IMG/VR virus record: IMGVR_UViG_3300046028_004317 | Span: 1-51,216 of that record | Length of the DNA stretch: 51,216 nt | Direction: 5' to 3' (one strand) | From: a virus | Lineage: Duplodnaviria; Caudoviricetes | The notes under the pieces: model-generated | Seen by the model: the letters and a program-made list of their open reading frames with translations, nothing else | Databases searched by the model: none | Told to the model about the DNA's origin: nothing | Position numbers and translations under genes: made by a program | Shown: in pieces, positions 1-9,973 of the stretch | Layout of the letters: every line of letters begins with the position of its first letter | Numbering within the stretch: position 1 is the stretch's first letter

Positions 1-3
1 AGA

Positions 4-129
4 CCGCTGATGATGCTAGGGATGCTGCGGAGGTTGAATACAATAATGCTAAGGCTGCTTTGGAGGACTACGAGGAGAGCACATGAGTGATAGCAGGGAC
101 GAACTAGCAGCAATGGCAATGATGGCATT
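4..129. repeat. Terminal direct repeat, left copy (126 bp; identical to 51091-51216)
   Basis: ccgctgatgatgctaggg...gcaatgatggcatt is present at both ends; ORFs read continuously across the join. Confidence 0.95.
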
Positions 130-250
130 AGTAGTTAAGTACGGCTACAAGTGGGGCGAAGGTGAAGAAGAGAGAAGTCACAAGGGGGCAGTCACCGCAT
201 ACAAGATTGCCGATGCTATGATCAAATACAAAAAGGAAATGAAACCATGA
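83..250 (+). CDS. Small phage protein (RD..A..AM...AY..ADAM family), 55 aa
   Basis: Read manually: MSDSRDELAAMAMMAL...AYKIADAMIKYKKEMKP*; gagga RBS; ATGA overlaps at both ends; not in the ORF track. Confidence 0.75.
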   Translation: MSDSRDELAAMAMMALVVKYGYKWGEGEEERSHKGAVTAYKIADAMIKYKKEMKP

Positions 251-441
251 AAACAGTTACAAAGAAAGTTGGAAGACCAGTAGGCTCCTACAAACCGAGC
301 GAGTCACTACAGGTTCTGGAGCTTGAAACACAGTTAGAAGCAGAACAGTGCAGAGTCAAAACACTTGAACATGAAGCCGTCCTGTCTAATGCAGTCATAG
401 ACTATCTGGAACGTAAGCTCCAAAGGGAGATGCTTAAATGA
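247..441 (+). CDS. Hypothetical protein with GRP (AT-hook-like) motif and coiled coil
   Basis: KKVGRPVGS; aagga RBS; ATGA coupling with both neighbours. Confidence 0.7.
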   Translation: MKTVTKKVGRPVGSYKPSESLQVLELETQLEAEQCRVKTLEHEAVLSNAVIDYLERKLQREMLK

Positions 442-599
442 ACGGTAACGAGAAGTTCGGCGATAACGATGAAGGACATCTCTTCGGTGAGAATGCCGCT
501 GTCATGGAGGAGTTCTACAAACTCTTCGGCGGTAAAGAGGGATACGATGAGCTGGTCGCTCAGCAACTCAAGATGGCAGATGATGATTGTAATGTATGA
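438..599 (+). CDS. Hypothetical acidic protein, 53 aa
   Basis: Read manually: MNGNEKFGDNDEGHLFGENAAVMEEFYKLFGG...; gggag RBS; ATGA overlap with the upstream stop. Confidence 0.6.
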   Translation: MNGNEKFGDNDEGHLFGENAAVMEEFYKLFGGKEGYDELVAQQLKMADDDCNV

Positions 600-638
600 T
601 CAGATCATATATTATCCGCCCAACAACAGGAGCAGACC

Positions 639-902
639 ATGGCGAATGCAGCATCAAAAATAAGGGCACTACTAGACGCACACGCTAGTGGTATCGTCAC
701 CTTCACGGATATTCGTAATAGTCTCCCAGACCTGCAACAGAGCGAGATCTCAATGGCGCTCAGTCACTTCGTGAAGCAAAGGTACTTGACTCGTGAACTG
801 ATTGAGAACAGAGTCACGCGATATGGTCGCCGCCAGATATGGCAGTACACATACTTTCCTAGACGATTGCCCGCACACGAGGTGATGGAACCATGGCATT
901 AA
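639..902 (+). CDS. Probable winged-helix DNA-binding protein
   Basis: Helix pattern SEISMALSHFVKQRYLTR followed by a beta-hairpin (RRQIWQY); aggag RBS. Confidence 0.55.
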   Translation: MANAASKIRALLDAHASGIVTFTDIRNSLPDLQQSEISMALSHFVKQRYLTRELIENRVTRYGRRQIWQYTYFPRRLPAHEVMEPWH

Positions 903-1225
903 AAAAACACAAGATACAAGGAGCAGGCCCCGGACGACCCAAAGGGGTCGTTAACAAGTCTACAGCTAACGCTAGAGAGGCTATCGCACGGTTCGTGGAT
1001 GGCAACGCGCATCGAGTGCAGATCTGGTTGGACGCTATCGCTGAGACAGAAGGCCCTTTAAAAGCGTTCCAGTGCTACACAGACATGATTGAGTACCATG
1101 TGCCTAAGTTATCACGCACGGAGGTCACTGGCGTTGATCAGGGCCCTATACAAGTCGAAGTTCTGGACTTCGCTAACACGCTCATGAAGGATCTGCTGGC
1201 AATAAAGCAGAAAGATGCAAAGTAG
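893..1225 (+). CDS. terS: Terminase small subunit (probable)
   Basis: GPGRPKGVVNKST N-terminus and PKLSRTEVTG C-terminal motif; immediately upstream of TerL. Confidence 0.75.
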   Translation: MALKKHKIQGAGPGRPKGVVNKSTANAREAIARFVDGNAHRVQIWLDAIAETEGPLKAFQCYTDMIEYHVPKLSRTEVTGVDQGPIQVEVLDFANTLMKDLLAIKQKDAK

Positions 1226-2705
1226 CGTCATCGATGAGTTCACAGATAGGATTAAGAACAGCCCGGAGCTAGGCAAGTTACCGCCAGCCTACCGGGCTGC
1301 GATCAGGGCTCGAGTTAAGTGGCTGTCGATATCGCTCGATCACCAGCTCCCGCCGCCGGATGAAGGCGACTGGTCGGTGTGGCTGCTGCTCGCTGGCCGT
1401 GGTGCAGGCAAGACTCGGTCGGCGGCTGAAGCCATATGGTGGTACGGCTGGTCGCAACCCGGCACACGGTGGCTGGTGTCGGCCCCCACCTCGGGGGACA
1501 TACGGGACGTATGCTTCGAGGGCGAGAGCGGATTGATCAGCGTCTGTCCGCCGGAGATCATCGAGACGTACTCAAAGTCACTGCACGAGATTGTGCTCAA
1601 GAATGGCACGATCATTAAGGGGATCGCCGCATCGGAGCCAGAGCGCCTGCGGGGCCCACAGTTTCATGGCGGGTGGTGTGACGAGCTGGCGGCTTGGGAG
1701 TATCTCGATGACGCATGGGACATGATCCAGTTCGGTATGAGACTCGGCTCGAAGCCGAGGATCCTCTGCACCACCACTCCCAAGCCCAAGCCACTCATAG
1801 CGGATCTGGTCAAGCGCAAGAAGAGCGTGATCTGCACACGGGCCAGCACCTACTCGAACATAGACAACCTAGCACCAAGCTTCAAGGATCAGATCCTGCT
1901 GTACGAAGGTACGCAGCTCGGGCGGCAAGAGATCCATGCCGAGGTGCTGAACCCGGAAGAGTCAGGCATCATCAAGCGAGAATGGTTCGAGCTCTGGCCC
2001 CACGACAAGGTGCTGCCAGCGTTCGAGTACATCGTGATGTCGCTCGACACCGCCTTCAGCGAGCAGACTACTAACAAGAAGTCGCACGACCCTGATCCAA
2101 CAGCATGCTCAGTCTGGGGCGTATTCAGGCACGAGAAGAAGCCAGCGTTCCTGCTGCTGGACTGCTGGGAGGAGCGGCTCGGAATGCCCGCTCTGATCGA
2201 GAGAGTTAGGAAGGAGTATCAGGTTCGGTATGGTGATGACGACTCGAAGCCGATGATCGCTCCGATGTTCGGGCCAAAGCAGTCGCAGTTCGGTGGCCGC
2301 AAGCCTGACCTGCTCGTCATTGAGGACAAGGGCTCTGGTATCAGTCTTCGACAGATGCTGGCAAGAGAAGACATACTGGCGTATCCTTATAACCCCGGAC
2401 GGGCTGACAAGCTGCAGCGTCTTCATGCAGTTAGTCATCTGTTTGCACACAAGTATGTGTGGGTTGTAGAATCAGAGAAGAAGCACGGCATGCCGAAGAG
2501 CTGGGCAGATCCACTGATCACTCAGGTCTGTAGCTTCTACGGAGAGGGATCGATTAAGCACGATGACTATGTTGACTCAACCACGCAGGCACTCAGGCTG
2601 CTGGCTGATAGGAACCAGATTTCAGTAACACGCAAGACCGATGACAACGACAAGGCACAACGCCGTTCACCGCCATCAAAGGCAGTGAACCCTTACTCAG
2701 CTTGA
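1215..2705 (+). CDS. terL: Terminase large subunit
   Basis: Walker A AGRGAGKT, Walker B GWCDE, LRGPQF, motif III TTTP, RNase H-like nuclease SLDTA ... HDDYVDS. Confidence 0.95.
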   Translation: MQSSVIDEFTDRIKNSPELGKLPPAYRAAIRARVKWLSISLDHQLPPPDEGDWSVWLLLAGRGAGKTRSAAEAIWWYGWSQPGTRWLVSAPTSGDIRDVCFEGESGLISVCPPEIIETYSKSLHEIVLKNGTIIKGIAASEPERLRGPQFHGGWCDELAAWEYLDDAWDMIQFGMRLGSKPRILCTTTPKPKPLIADLVKRKKSVICTRASTYSNIDNLAPSFKDQILLYEGTQLGRQEIHAEVLNPEESGIIKREWFELWPHDKVLPAFEYIVMSLDTAFSEQTTNKKSHDPDPTACSVWGVFRHEKKPAFLLLDCWEERLGMPALIERVRKEYQVRYGDDDSKPMIAPMFGPKQSQFGGRKPDLLVIEDKGSGISLRQMLAREDILAYPYNPGRADKLQRLHAVSHLFAHKYVWVVESEKKHGMPKSWADPLITQVCSFYGEGSIKHDDYVDSTTQALRLLADRNQISVTRKTDDNDKAQRRSPPSKAVNPYSA

Positions 2706-2715
2706 TGGGGATCAA

Positions 2716-5250
2716 ATGGCTACCAAAGACATGAACGACCAAGACGACACGATGGAAGAGCAGATCGGCGAGATGATGCCAGTCGATGATGATGAAGAAG
2801 AGGGCGATGTCGAGGACACCGAAGATGGCGGTGCAATCGTCAAGCTATCGAATAAGCCACTCCCCGGCGACAGTGAGTTCTACGCCAATCTGGCGGAAGA
2901 CTTGCCCGAGGGTGAGCTCGCTGCGATTGGTAGCGCACTCTGTGACCTAGTCGAGCGAGACAAGGAAGCCCGCAAGCGCCGGGACGAACAGTACGAAGAA
3001 GGTATCCGCCGCACTGGTCTAGGCGATGACGCTCCCGGCGGCGCAGCGTTCACCGGGGCGAGCAAGGTAGTTCACCCAATGCTGACCGAAGCATGCGTGG
3101 ACTTCTCGTCACGGGTCATGAAGGAGATCATGCCCCCCGGCGGGCCAGCCCGTCAGAACGTTGTGGGTGAGCTGACCGAGGCCAAGTTCAAGAAGGCTGA
3201 GCGGCTGTCGAAGTTCCTGAACTGGCAGACCACCAAGCAGATGCCTGAGTTCAGGTCAGAGCTCGAGCAGATGGCAACACAGATGCCGCTCGGCGGCGTT
3301 CAGTACATGAAGCTGACGTGGGACTCACGGCGCAAGAAGCCTTGCCCACAGTTCATCTCGGTAGATGACATCTATCTGCCGTTCTCGGCCACCAACTTCT
3401 ATACGGCTGACCGCAAGACCCATGTCCAGTATGTCACCAAGCTAGAGTACGACCGCAGGGTTCGGTCTGGCATGTACCGCGACATCGTCTTGGTAGCCAA
3501 CCCATCAACCCCAGAGGTATCGAAGTCTGAGCGGGCCAACGACAAGATCGAGGGACGTGATGCGGACGCATACAACACGGACGGACTCAGGACGATCTAC
3601 GAGATCAATGCCTTCTATGACATCGAGGACGATACCGAGGGAACTGCACCGTACATCATCTCGATAGACAAGCAGACTCAGACAGTGCTCTCGATCTACC
3701 GCAACTGGGAAGAGGACGACGAGCTCATGGAAGAGCTGGTCTGGATCATTGAGTTCCCATTCGTTCCATGGCGTGGCGCTTATCCTATTGGCCTGACGCA
3801 TATGATTGGCGGGTTGTCAGCTGCTGCTACTGGCGCATTGAGGGCGCTGCTTGACTCGGCTCACATCAACAACTTCCCCGGCATGCTGAAGCTCAAGGGC
3901 GGAGCTGGCGGTCAGTCAGACCGTATCGACCCGACCGAAGTGCTCGAGATCGAGGGATCATTCAGTCAGGACGATATCCGCAAGGTTATGATGCCGCTCC
4001 CGTTCAATCCACCATCACAGGTTCTGTACAGCCTGCTGGGTTATCTGGTTGACGCAGGCAAGGGCGTGGTCAGAACCACCTTTGAGGATCTGTCAGACAA
4101 TAGCGCCAATGTCCCGGTCGGAACAACGATGGCTCGGATCGAGCAGGGCATGATTGTATTCAGTTCGATACACGCTCGGGTTCATGATGCCATGGCTCGC
4201 GTGTTACAAGTTCTGTTTAGAATCAACAAGTTCTACATGGAAGAGAAGGAGATTTATGATGATACAGGTTCGCTGCTGGTTTACAGGAAAGACTTTGAGG
4301 GCCCGATGGATGTTATCCCGGTTTCTGACCCGAATATCTACAGCGATGCTCAGCGTTTCGCGCAGATTCAGGCGGTAGTTCAGCGGGCTGATGCACATCC
4401 AGAGCTGTACAACGCTAGGAAGATCGAGGAGCTGCTGCTCAAACAGCTGAAGGTTCCAGAGGGCGATTCGTTATTGAACCCAGTGCCAGAGGTTGCCGAG
4501 ATGAATGCGGTGAACGAGAACCTCGCTGCGACCATGAGCAGGCCGATTGCCGCCTACCCTGACCAAGAGCATCTGGCCCATCTGCAGGTTCACTTAGACT
4601 TCCTGACCAGTCCAGTACTTGGATCTAGCCGGGTGGCCGCACCGACCGCAGTGCCTATATTGCTCGAGCACATCAGGGAGCACATGGTTCTGTGGTATGT
4701 CACTCGTATGGTGGACGTTGCATCCGAGGCCGCAGGCCAACCCATTGAAAAGCTTCAGGTAAAGGCGACAGAAGAAGAGAAGAAGGCATTCGACAGGGTG
4801 ATGGCAGCTGCGAGCCAGTCTGTTATTGGTGAGATCAACGACTCCCTGAAGGGAATACCTGACATCATCAACAAGGCAATCGAGACCCTTCAGTCATTGT
4901 CGCCGCCTCAGACAGATCCAGCTATCGACACAGCTCAGAAGGAAGTTGACAGGAAGGCTGCAGCAGATCAGGTTAAGGCTGCTGCTGATCAGGCCAAGAT
5001 GGCTATGGATCAAGAGACGACCAAGGTTGAGCTACAACAGAAGGTCATGCAGCTGCAGGCTGAGCTGGATAAAGAGAAGTTACGTCAAGATCGTGAAGAC
5101 CATAGACAGGAAGTAGAGTTACAATCACGCATGAGAATGAACGCAGAAGACAACAACACCGCCAAGCAGTTGGCAGCTCTCGAGGTCGAGAGTGGCGAGA
5201 AGATCGGTTATTCAACTGGCACTGGCATCAATCCAAATCCACTACCTTAA
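2716..5250 (+). CDS. Portal protein (P22-like, long helical C-terminal region)
   Basis: Follows TerL; 844 aa; GASKVVHPML and YPIGLTHMIGGL-type portal motifs; coiled-coil C-terminus. Confidence 0.85.
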   Translation: MATKDMNDQDDTMEEQIGEMMPVDDDEEEGDVEDTEDGGAIVKLSNKPLPGDSEFYANLAEDLPEGELAAIGSALCDLVERDKEARKRRDEQYEEGIRRTGLGDDAPGGAAFTGASKVVHPMLTEACVDFSSRVMKEIMPPGGPARQNVVGELTEAKFKKAERLSKFLNWQTTKQMPEFRSELEQMATQMPLGGVQYMKLTWDSRRKKPCPQFISVDDIYLPFSATNFYTADRKTHVQYVTKLEYDRRVRSGMYRDIVLVANPSTPEVSKSERANDKIEGRDADAYNTDGLRTIYEINAFYDIEDDTEGTAPYIISIDKQTQTVLSIYRNWEEDDELMEELVWIIEFPFVPWRGAYPIGLTHMIGGLSAAATGALRALLDSAHINNFPGMLKLKGGAGGQSDRIDPTEVLEIEGSFSQDDIRKVMMPLPFNPPSQVLYSLLGYLVDAGKGVVRTTFEDLSDNSANVPVGTTMARIEQGMIVFSSIHARVHDAMARVLQVLFRINKFYMEEKEIYDDTGSLLVYRKDFEGPMDVIPVSDPNIYSDAQRFAQIQAVVQRADAHPELYNARKIEELLLKQLKVPEGDSLLNPVPEVAEMNAVNENLAATMSRPIAAYPDQEHLAHLQVHLDFLTSPVLGSSRVAAPTAVPILLEHIREHMVLWYVTRMVDVASEAAGQPIEKLQVKATEEEKKAFDRVMAAASQSVIGEINDSLKGIPDIINKAIETLQSLSPPQTDPAIDTAQKEVDRKAAADQVKAAADQAKMAMDQETTKVELQQKVMQLQAELDKEKLRQDREDHRQEVELQSRMRMNAEDNNTAKQLAALEVESGEKIGYSTGTGINPNPLP

Positions 5251-5261
5251 AGGAGATAAAC

Positions 5262-5447
5262 ATGGAAGCAATAAGTCTGCACAAACTAATGGCAATGGGC
5301 AAAGGGTATCCAACATCACTCGGCAGCGGCAAAGATCCATCGCCAACCCCAGCACAACCTTCAGGCAAGGCAACGATGAAGCCTAAGATGAAGGTAACGA
5401 CAACGCCAATGCCATCAAGCCGTACCGAGGGTCGCGTTAGTAAATGA
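5262..5447 (+). CDS. Small basic hypothetical protein
   Basis: Strong aaggag RBS; fills the gap after the portal gene. Confidence 0.6.
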   Translation: MEAISLHKLMAMGKGYPTSLGSGKDPSPTPAQPSGKATMKPKMKVTTTPMPSSRTEGRVSK

Positions 5448-5635
5448 TTGCAAGGATAATCTTCCTGATCAAAGAGGAGCAAAATCGGATCGCTCATGAT
5501 TCGATGAAGTTCTCCTCTGATGGGAAGCAAATAGATTTTGAGTATGGCAAGAAGGTCGGCTTCTATGCTGGCCTAGAAACCGCCCTGCTCAAGATAGAGA
5601 AGGTCTTAAATGACCAAGACAAGAGAGAACTTTAA
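5444..5635 (+). CDS. Hypothetical protein (short helical ORF between portal and GroES)
   Basis: ATGA overlap; EYGKKVGFYAGLETAL pattern typical of ORFs in this position. Confidence 0.7.
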   Translation: MIARIIFLIKEEQNRIAHDSMKFSSDGKQIDFEYGKKVGFYAGLETALLKIEKVLNDQDKREL

Positions 5636-5658
5636 CCATCAGCATAGGAGGTAGGCAT

Positions 5659-6078
5659 ATGCTACTCGAAACACCAATAGACTTATCACACGCCACGGCG
5701 GACGAATCATTCCCAGAAGTTGATCCGGGCATTTTGCCGCTCGGATCTCGCATAATGGTTCAGATTCGCAGGGCAAGAGCTCAGACCAAGTCTGGTATCT
5801 TCATTCCCGAAGATGTTCGCAAGACAGAAGCGAGCAACACTCAGGTATCGAAGGTGATCGGAGTTGGATCACTGGCGTTTAAGAATCGCAACACGATGGA
5901 ACTGTGGCCTGAAGGGGCTTGGTGTCAGATCGGCGATTATGTTAGGACACCGAAGTATGGCGGTGACCGATGGACTGTAAGGTTTGGCGAAGAAGAGATC
6001 GAGTTTGTTATTTACAATGATCTGGACGTTATCGGCAAAATTACGGGAGACCCCACGAAGATTCGTGCGTTTATCTAA
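5659..6078 (+). CDS. groES: GroES/Cpn10-like co-chaperonin
   Basis: PLGSRIMVQ, TKSGIFIP mobile loop, KVIGVG, IGDYV..PKYGG, FVIYNDLDVIG; ggagg RBS. Confidence 0.85.
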   Translation: MLLETPIDLSHATADESFPEVDPGILPLGSRIMVQIRRARAQTKSGIFIPEDVRKTEASNTQVSKVIGVGSLAFKNRNTMELWPEGAWCQIGDYVRTPKYGGDRWTVRFGEEEIEFVIYNDLDVIGKITGDPTKIRAFI

Positions 6079-6097
6079 TAGCTGAAAGGAGCTTATT

Positions 6098-7006
6098 ATG
6101 GCGAGCAATGAAGAAGTATTGAGTGATGATGACGAGAAGGCTGGCACTGAGGTAGAGGGCGAGGAGTATGTAGCAGTTGACACCAAGCTTGATAGTGCCG
6201 ATGATGACGATGACGGAGACGCACGACTCACCGAAGAGGGTGATGACCGGGACGGGATCAGGAAGCGTAGACGTGAGGAGAAGACCGAGCGAGCTCACCG
6301 CCGAAAGGCAGCAATAGAGCGCGACAAGGCCGAGATGCAGCTCCTCCGCAAGCAGAATGAGGAGCTCTCAACCCGACTCAGCAGTGTCGAGAAGCGATCC
6401 AGCAGTACAGAATACTTTGCAATGGACAAGCGGTTCAGGGAGTCTGTTGAAGAGGTCAAGGCGGCTGAGCATATCATCGCTCGGGCAGTTGAGATGGGTA
6501 ATGGCGAGGATGTTGCTAGGGCGATGCGGATTCGTGATGATGCGATATCCACAGCAAGGCAGCTTGATGTAGCTAGGAATGCCATTAGTCGCAAGGCTAA
6601 TGAGCCCACTCCGACATTCCAGCAGCCGCCACCCGCACAACTGGCGCAGGATTGGGTTAAACTTAACCCATGGTATGATCCTGCTTCTGGTGATACCAAG
6701 TCGCAGATGGCCTTGGAGATTGATAAGGAGTTATCTGGCGAGGGTTACAACCCGCAGTCGCTAGACTACTGGCAAGAATTAGATAAACGAATAGCCGAAC
6801 TTAATGTAGAATCAAAAGGTGCACGGCGCGGGCCACCGATGGGATCAGGTAGGGAACATGTCCCAAGGAGTTCACGCAATGAAGTATATGTTTCACCAGA
6901 ACGTAAACAGGCTATGGTTGACGCTGGTGTATGGGATGATCCGGCTTCGCGGCAACGCTATTTGAAGCAATACGCGAAGTGGGACAAAAATAATGCAACT
7001 CGCTGA
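6098..7006 (+). CDS. Probable capsid scaffolding protein
   Basis: Acidic N-terminus, long coiled coil, W...NPWY motif; located upstream of the capsid genes. Confidence 0.65.
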   Translation: MASNEEVLSDDDEKAGTEVEGEEYVAVDTKLDSADDDDDGDARLTEEGDDRDGIRKRRREEKTERAHRRKAAIERDKAEMQLLRKQNEELSTRLSSVEKRSSSTEYFAMDKRFRESVEEVKAAEHIIARAVEMGNGEDVARAMRIRDDAISTARQLDVARNAISRKANEPTPTFQQPPPAQLAQDWVKLNPWYDPASGDTKSQMALEIDKELSGEGYNPQSLDYWQELDKRIAELNVESKGARRGPPMGSGREHVPRSSRNEVYVSPERKQAMVDAGVWDDPASRQRYLKQYAKWDKNNATR

Positions 7007-7025
7007 AAATAAAGGAGTGAGTACT

Positions 7026-7559
7026 ATGAGTAGTGATGAGAGACTAAAAAAAGCAGCGGATCCAGCACGTCAGTCTAGGGCGGAACTAAGTCGTTCGGCC
7101 AAAGAATCTCGTGAGTTATCCGATGATGATCGCATTGAAATGTTCAGGCAGCAGTTTTTTCAAAGCGCACTGCCTGATCTGCCGAAGATACCTGATTATC
7201 ACACCTGTTGGCTAACAACCACCAATCCCCGTGATACAGTCCACGCTCGTATGAGGTTAGGATACGAGCAAGTAAAGCCTAGTGATGTACCGGGCTGGGA
7301 CTACGCAACCGTTAAGACGGGCGAGTATGCTGGAATGATTGGCGTGAACGAGATGTTAGCATTTAAGATTCCTATGCGTTTGTACAACACATACATGGAA
7401 GAGGCTCACTTCAATGCGCCATTGCGCGAAGATGAGAAGCTTCAATCTATGGTTGACCAAATATCAGACGGGATTCAACGTTCAGGTGGACGAGTAATTG
7501 AAGGTGACGGTATGCAAGCCCTGCGCGAAGCTCCCGGCAAAGCAGTATTTTCTGACTAG
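7026..7559 (+). CDS. Conserved head-module hypothetical protein
   Basis: aaggag RBS favours the ATG at 7026; PDYHTCWL...RMRLGYEQV...LAFKIP. Confidence 0.7.
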   Translation: MSSDERLKKAADPARQSRAELSRSAKESRELSDDDRIEMFRQQFFQSALPDLPKIPDYHTCWLTTTNPRDTVHARMRLGYEQVKPSDVPGWDYATVKTGEYAGMIGVNEMLAFKIPMRLYNTYMEEAHFNAPLREDEKLQSMVDQISDGIQRSGGRVIEGDGMQALREAPGKAVFSD

Positions 7560-7595
7560 CTGGGCTTTTCCGACCTTTAAAAAGAGGATTGTTAT

Positions 7596-8147
7596 ATGTC
7601 AAGTACAAGCGCACCATTTGGACTACGTCCAGCGTACCACTCAAGCGGGTTCGTTCGTCCGCAGGCATTGACCATGACTGATAATTACACCAGCACCATT
7701 CTGCAATATCAGCCAGTCAAGCTTGTAGCCGGACAAGTCGTTCCAGCAGGAGCATCAGACGCACTCATCGGAACATTCATGGGTGTTGAGTTCACAGATT
7801 CTGACGGTCGTCGTCGCGTATCCAATAAATGGGTAGCGAACAACGTTGGAACCAACATTGTTGCATATGTGACTTCTGATTCGATGATTGTTTATGAAAT
7901 CCAAACAGACGCAACCATTGCTGTTAGCAACATTGGTGAGCAGTTTGACTTTGCCGCAGTCACTTCAGGCTCGACCACCACTGGTCTGAGCACAGCGACT
8001 CTTGGCGTGTCAACCACGACCACCAACGCACCAATGAGAGTTATCGGAATCACCCCCGGCCCAGATAATGCATGGGGTGATACATATGTAATCGTTCAGG
8101 TTGAGCTGTCGAAACACCAGAACGTTGCTACAATTGCTGCTTATTAA
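7596..8147 (+). CDS. Probable capsid decoration / minor head protein
   Basis: APFGLRP N-terminus, beta-rich; immediately upstream of the major capsid gene. Confidence 0.65.
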   Translation: MSSTSAPFGLRPAYHSSGFVRPQALTMTDNYTSTILQYQPVKLVAGQVVPAGASDALIGTFMGVEFTDSDGRRRVSNKWVANNVGTNIVAYVTSDSMIVYEIQTDATIAVSNIGEQFDFAAVTSGSTTTGLSTATLGVSTTTTNAPMRVIGITPGPDNAWGDTYVIVQVELSKHQNVATIAAY

Positions 8148-8160
8148 GGAGGGATAGAAC

Positions 8161-9078
8161 ATGGCAGTCCCAATGCGAAGTACAGACTTTAGATCGATTG
8201 TTGAGCCGATTCTAAATGAAGAGTTTGATGGCATATATGACCAACGTGCTGACGAATGGAAGCAAGTATTCACCGAGCGCAAGGGTATCCCACGCAACTA
8301 CCATGAAGAACCAGTTCTTTATGGCTTTGGCGCGGCTCCTGAGTTGCCCGATGGCATGCCTGTCACATATCAGGCTGGTGGAGTTCTGTTCAATGCTCGT
8401 TACGTCTACAAGGTCTACGGTCTGGCATTTGCCCTGACCAAAGTTCTGGTTGAGGATGGCGATCATATCTCTATCGGTCAGACCTACGCCAAGCACTTGG
8501 CTCAGTCATTGATTGAAACCAAAGAAACATTGTGCGCTAACATCTTGAACCGCTCATTCACTGGCGGTGCATATGTAGGTGGCGATGGCGTTGCACTAGT
8601 AAGTGCTTCGCACCCGATAGCAAGCGGCACGTTCAGCAATGTGCTGGCAACCCCTGCAGCTCTGTCACAAACCTCGTTGGAACAGATGTTGATTCAGATC
8701 CGCAACGCAGTTGACAACAACGGCAAACGGATTCGTCTGACCCCTGAGTGTTTGGTTGTTAGCCCTTCAAACGTGTTCCAAGCTGAAGTCCTGTTGAAGT
8801 CTGTTCTGCGGGCTGGTAACGCAAACAACGACATCAACCCGATCAAGTCAATGGGCATGTTGTCTGGCGGACAAGCTAACCTGTCTCGTCTGACCTCTAC
8901 CACTGCTTGGTGGGTGAAGACAGATGCACAAGTTGGCCTGCAGCTGATGATGCGCCGTAGCCTTGAGAAGAGCATGGAAGGAGACTTTGAAACAGACTCC
9001 ATGCGCTACAAGGCAACTGAGCGTTATATTCCGGGTTGGACTGATCCCCGTACCGTTTACGGTACAGCGGGTCTTTAA
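8161..9078 (+). CDS. Major capsid protein (HK97 fold, Mu gpT-like family)
   Basis: 305 aa; EPILNEEF, FGAAPELPDG, GDGVAL.SASHP, C-terminal DFETDSMRYKATERY..GWTDPR; strong RBS. Confidence 0.88.
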   Translation: MAVPMRSTDFRSIVEPILNEEFDGIYDQRADEWKQVFTERKGIPRNYHEEPVLYGFGAAPELPDGMPVTYQAGGVLFNARYVYKVYGLAFALTKVLVEDGDHISIGQTYAKHLAQSLIETKETLCANILNRSFTGGAYVGGDGVALVSASHPIASGTFSNVLATPAALSQTSLEQMLIQIRNAVDNNGKRIRLTPECLVVSPSNVFQAEVLLKSVLRAGNANNDINPIKSMGMLSGGQANLSRLTSTTAWWVKTDAQVGLQLMMRRSLEKSMEGDFETDSMRYKATERYIPGWTDPRTVYGTAGL

Positions 9079-9086
9079 TCTAACTT

Positions 9087-9108
9087 GCCGAGGGCGAAAG
9101 CTCTCGGC
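9087..9108 (+). terminator. Stem-loop after capsid gene (GNRA loop; no U-tract, so possibly a stabiliser or partial terminator)
   Basis: GCCGAGGGC-GAAA-GCTCTCGGC. Confidence 0.5.
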
Positions 9109-9128
9109 TCCTACAAAGGAGAAGGAAT

Positions 9129-9584
9129 ATGGCTGGCTTAGCAACGACTTACATTGGCTCTACGCTGATGACAGGTTCTGGAACGCTTACCCAAAGCACT
9201 GATGGCGGCTATGTTGTAGTATCTCAAGTTGTCCCAGTAACAAGCTTGGCAACTGGCTTGCCCTCTACTGGTACACTGACACTTCCATCTGGATCACAAA
9301 TTATCGATGTCTATATCGATAAGACCGTGCTTCAGGTTGAAGGTGCTGGTACTGCTACGACATTGCCATGTACCGTTGGTACTGCGGCAGGCGGAGCTCA
9401 ATACATACCGTCAGTTGATATGTGGACTACTGTTCGTTCAACAGGAGTTCCTACCGTAGCAACGTTGTTGGCGATGTCTAACATTGGTACAAACACAGTC
9501 GTGTATTGCACGATTGACCCCAATGGAACCATCCTGACCACGCAAGCTGTGATAAATTTCACTGTGGTGTACGCTCAGAAATAA
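9129..9584 (+). CDS. Virion accessory/structural protein
   Basis: T/G/V-rich beta protein (TLPSGSQIIDV); follows the capsid gene. Confidence 0.65.
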   Translation: MAGLATTYIGSTLMTGSGTLTQSTDGGYVVVSQVVPVTSLATGLPSTGTLTLPSGSQIIDVYIDKTVLQVEGAGTATTLPCTVGTAAGGAQYIPSVDMWTTVRSTGVPTVATLLAMSNIGTNTVVYCTIDPNGTILTTQAVINFTVVYAQK

Positions 9585-9589
9585 TAATT

Positions 9590-9616
9590 GGGGGGGGGGC
9601 AACTCCCCCTCTTTTT
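9590..9616 (+). terminator. Rho-independent terminator
   Basis: G-run/GCAA/CTCCCCC stem followed by TCTTTTT. Confidence 0.7.
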
Positions 9617-9627
9617 AGGAGATCGAA

Positions 9628-9972
9628 ATGGCAGTTACATTAGCATCTGCTGTAACAACAACAATTGTATCTGGGGCCCCTTTTGTGGGGAACACTTGGA
9701 GGATAACAACTGCTCCTCCGCAGTATGGAAAGCGCACCTTTCAAATTGTTGGATCTACATCTGCCTCAACTGGTACTGCAACAGCTAAAATTCAGGTATC
9801 AAATGATTCATCGAATTGGATTGATTTAGCGATAATGACGCTACCACTTGGCACTGCTGTAACATCAGACGGATTCGCTACAGATGCTGTATGGGAGAAT
9901 GTCAGAGTATATATCGACACTGCAGGGGTAACCGGGACTGACGGCTCTGTTTCTGTTTACATGGGGGTATAA
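9628..9972 (+). CDS. Small beta-sandwich virion protein
   Basis: IQVSNDSSNWIDL...WENVRV; aggag RBS. Confidence 0.65.
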   Translation: MAVTLASAVTTTIVSGAPFVGNTWRITTAPPQYGKRTFQIVGSTSASTGTATAKIQVSNDSSNWIDLAIMTLPLGTAVTSDGFATDAVWENVRVYIDTAGVTGTDGSVSVYMGV

Positions 9973-9973
9973 A

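Noticed and set aside
4-129. Physical terminal repeat of the virion DNA
   Set aside because: A length near a common assembly k-mer and a break inside a gene suggest an assembler overlap; real termini cannot be inferred
469-663. ORF-track 64-aa protein
   Set aside because: The overlapping frame 438-599 has an RBS and ATGA coupling and is the better call
8368-8382. YQAGG in the major capsid protein as a tag copy
   Set aside because: It does not fit the strict motif and lies within the capsid fold; likely chance, but it shows relaxed matches are unreliable
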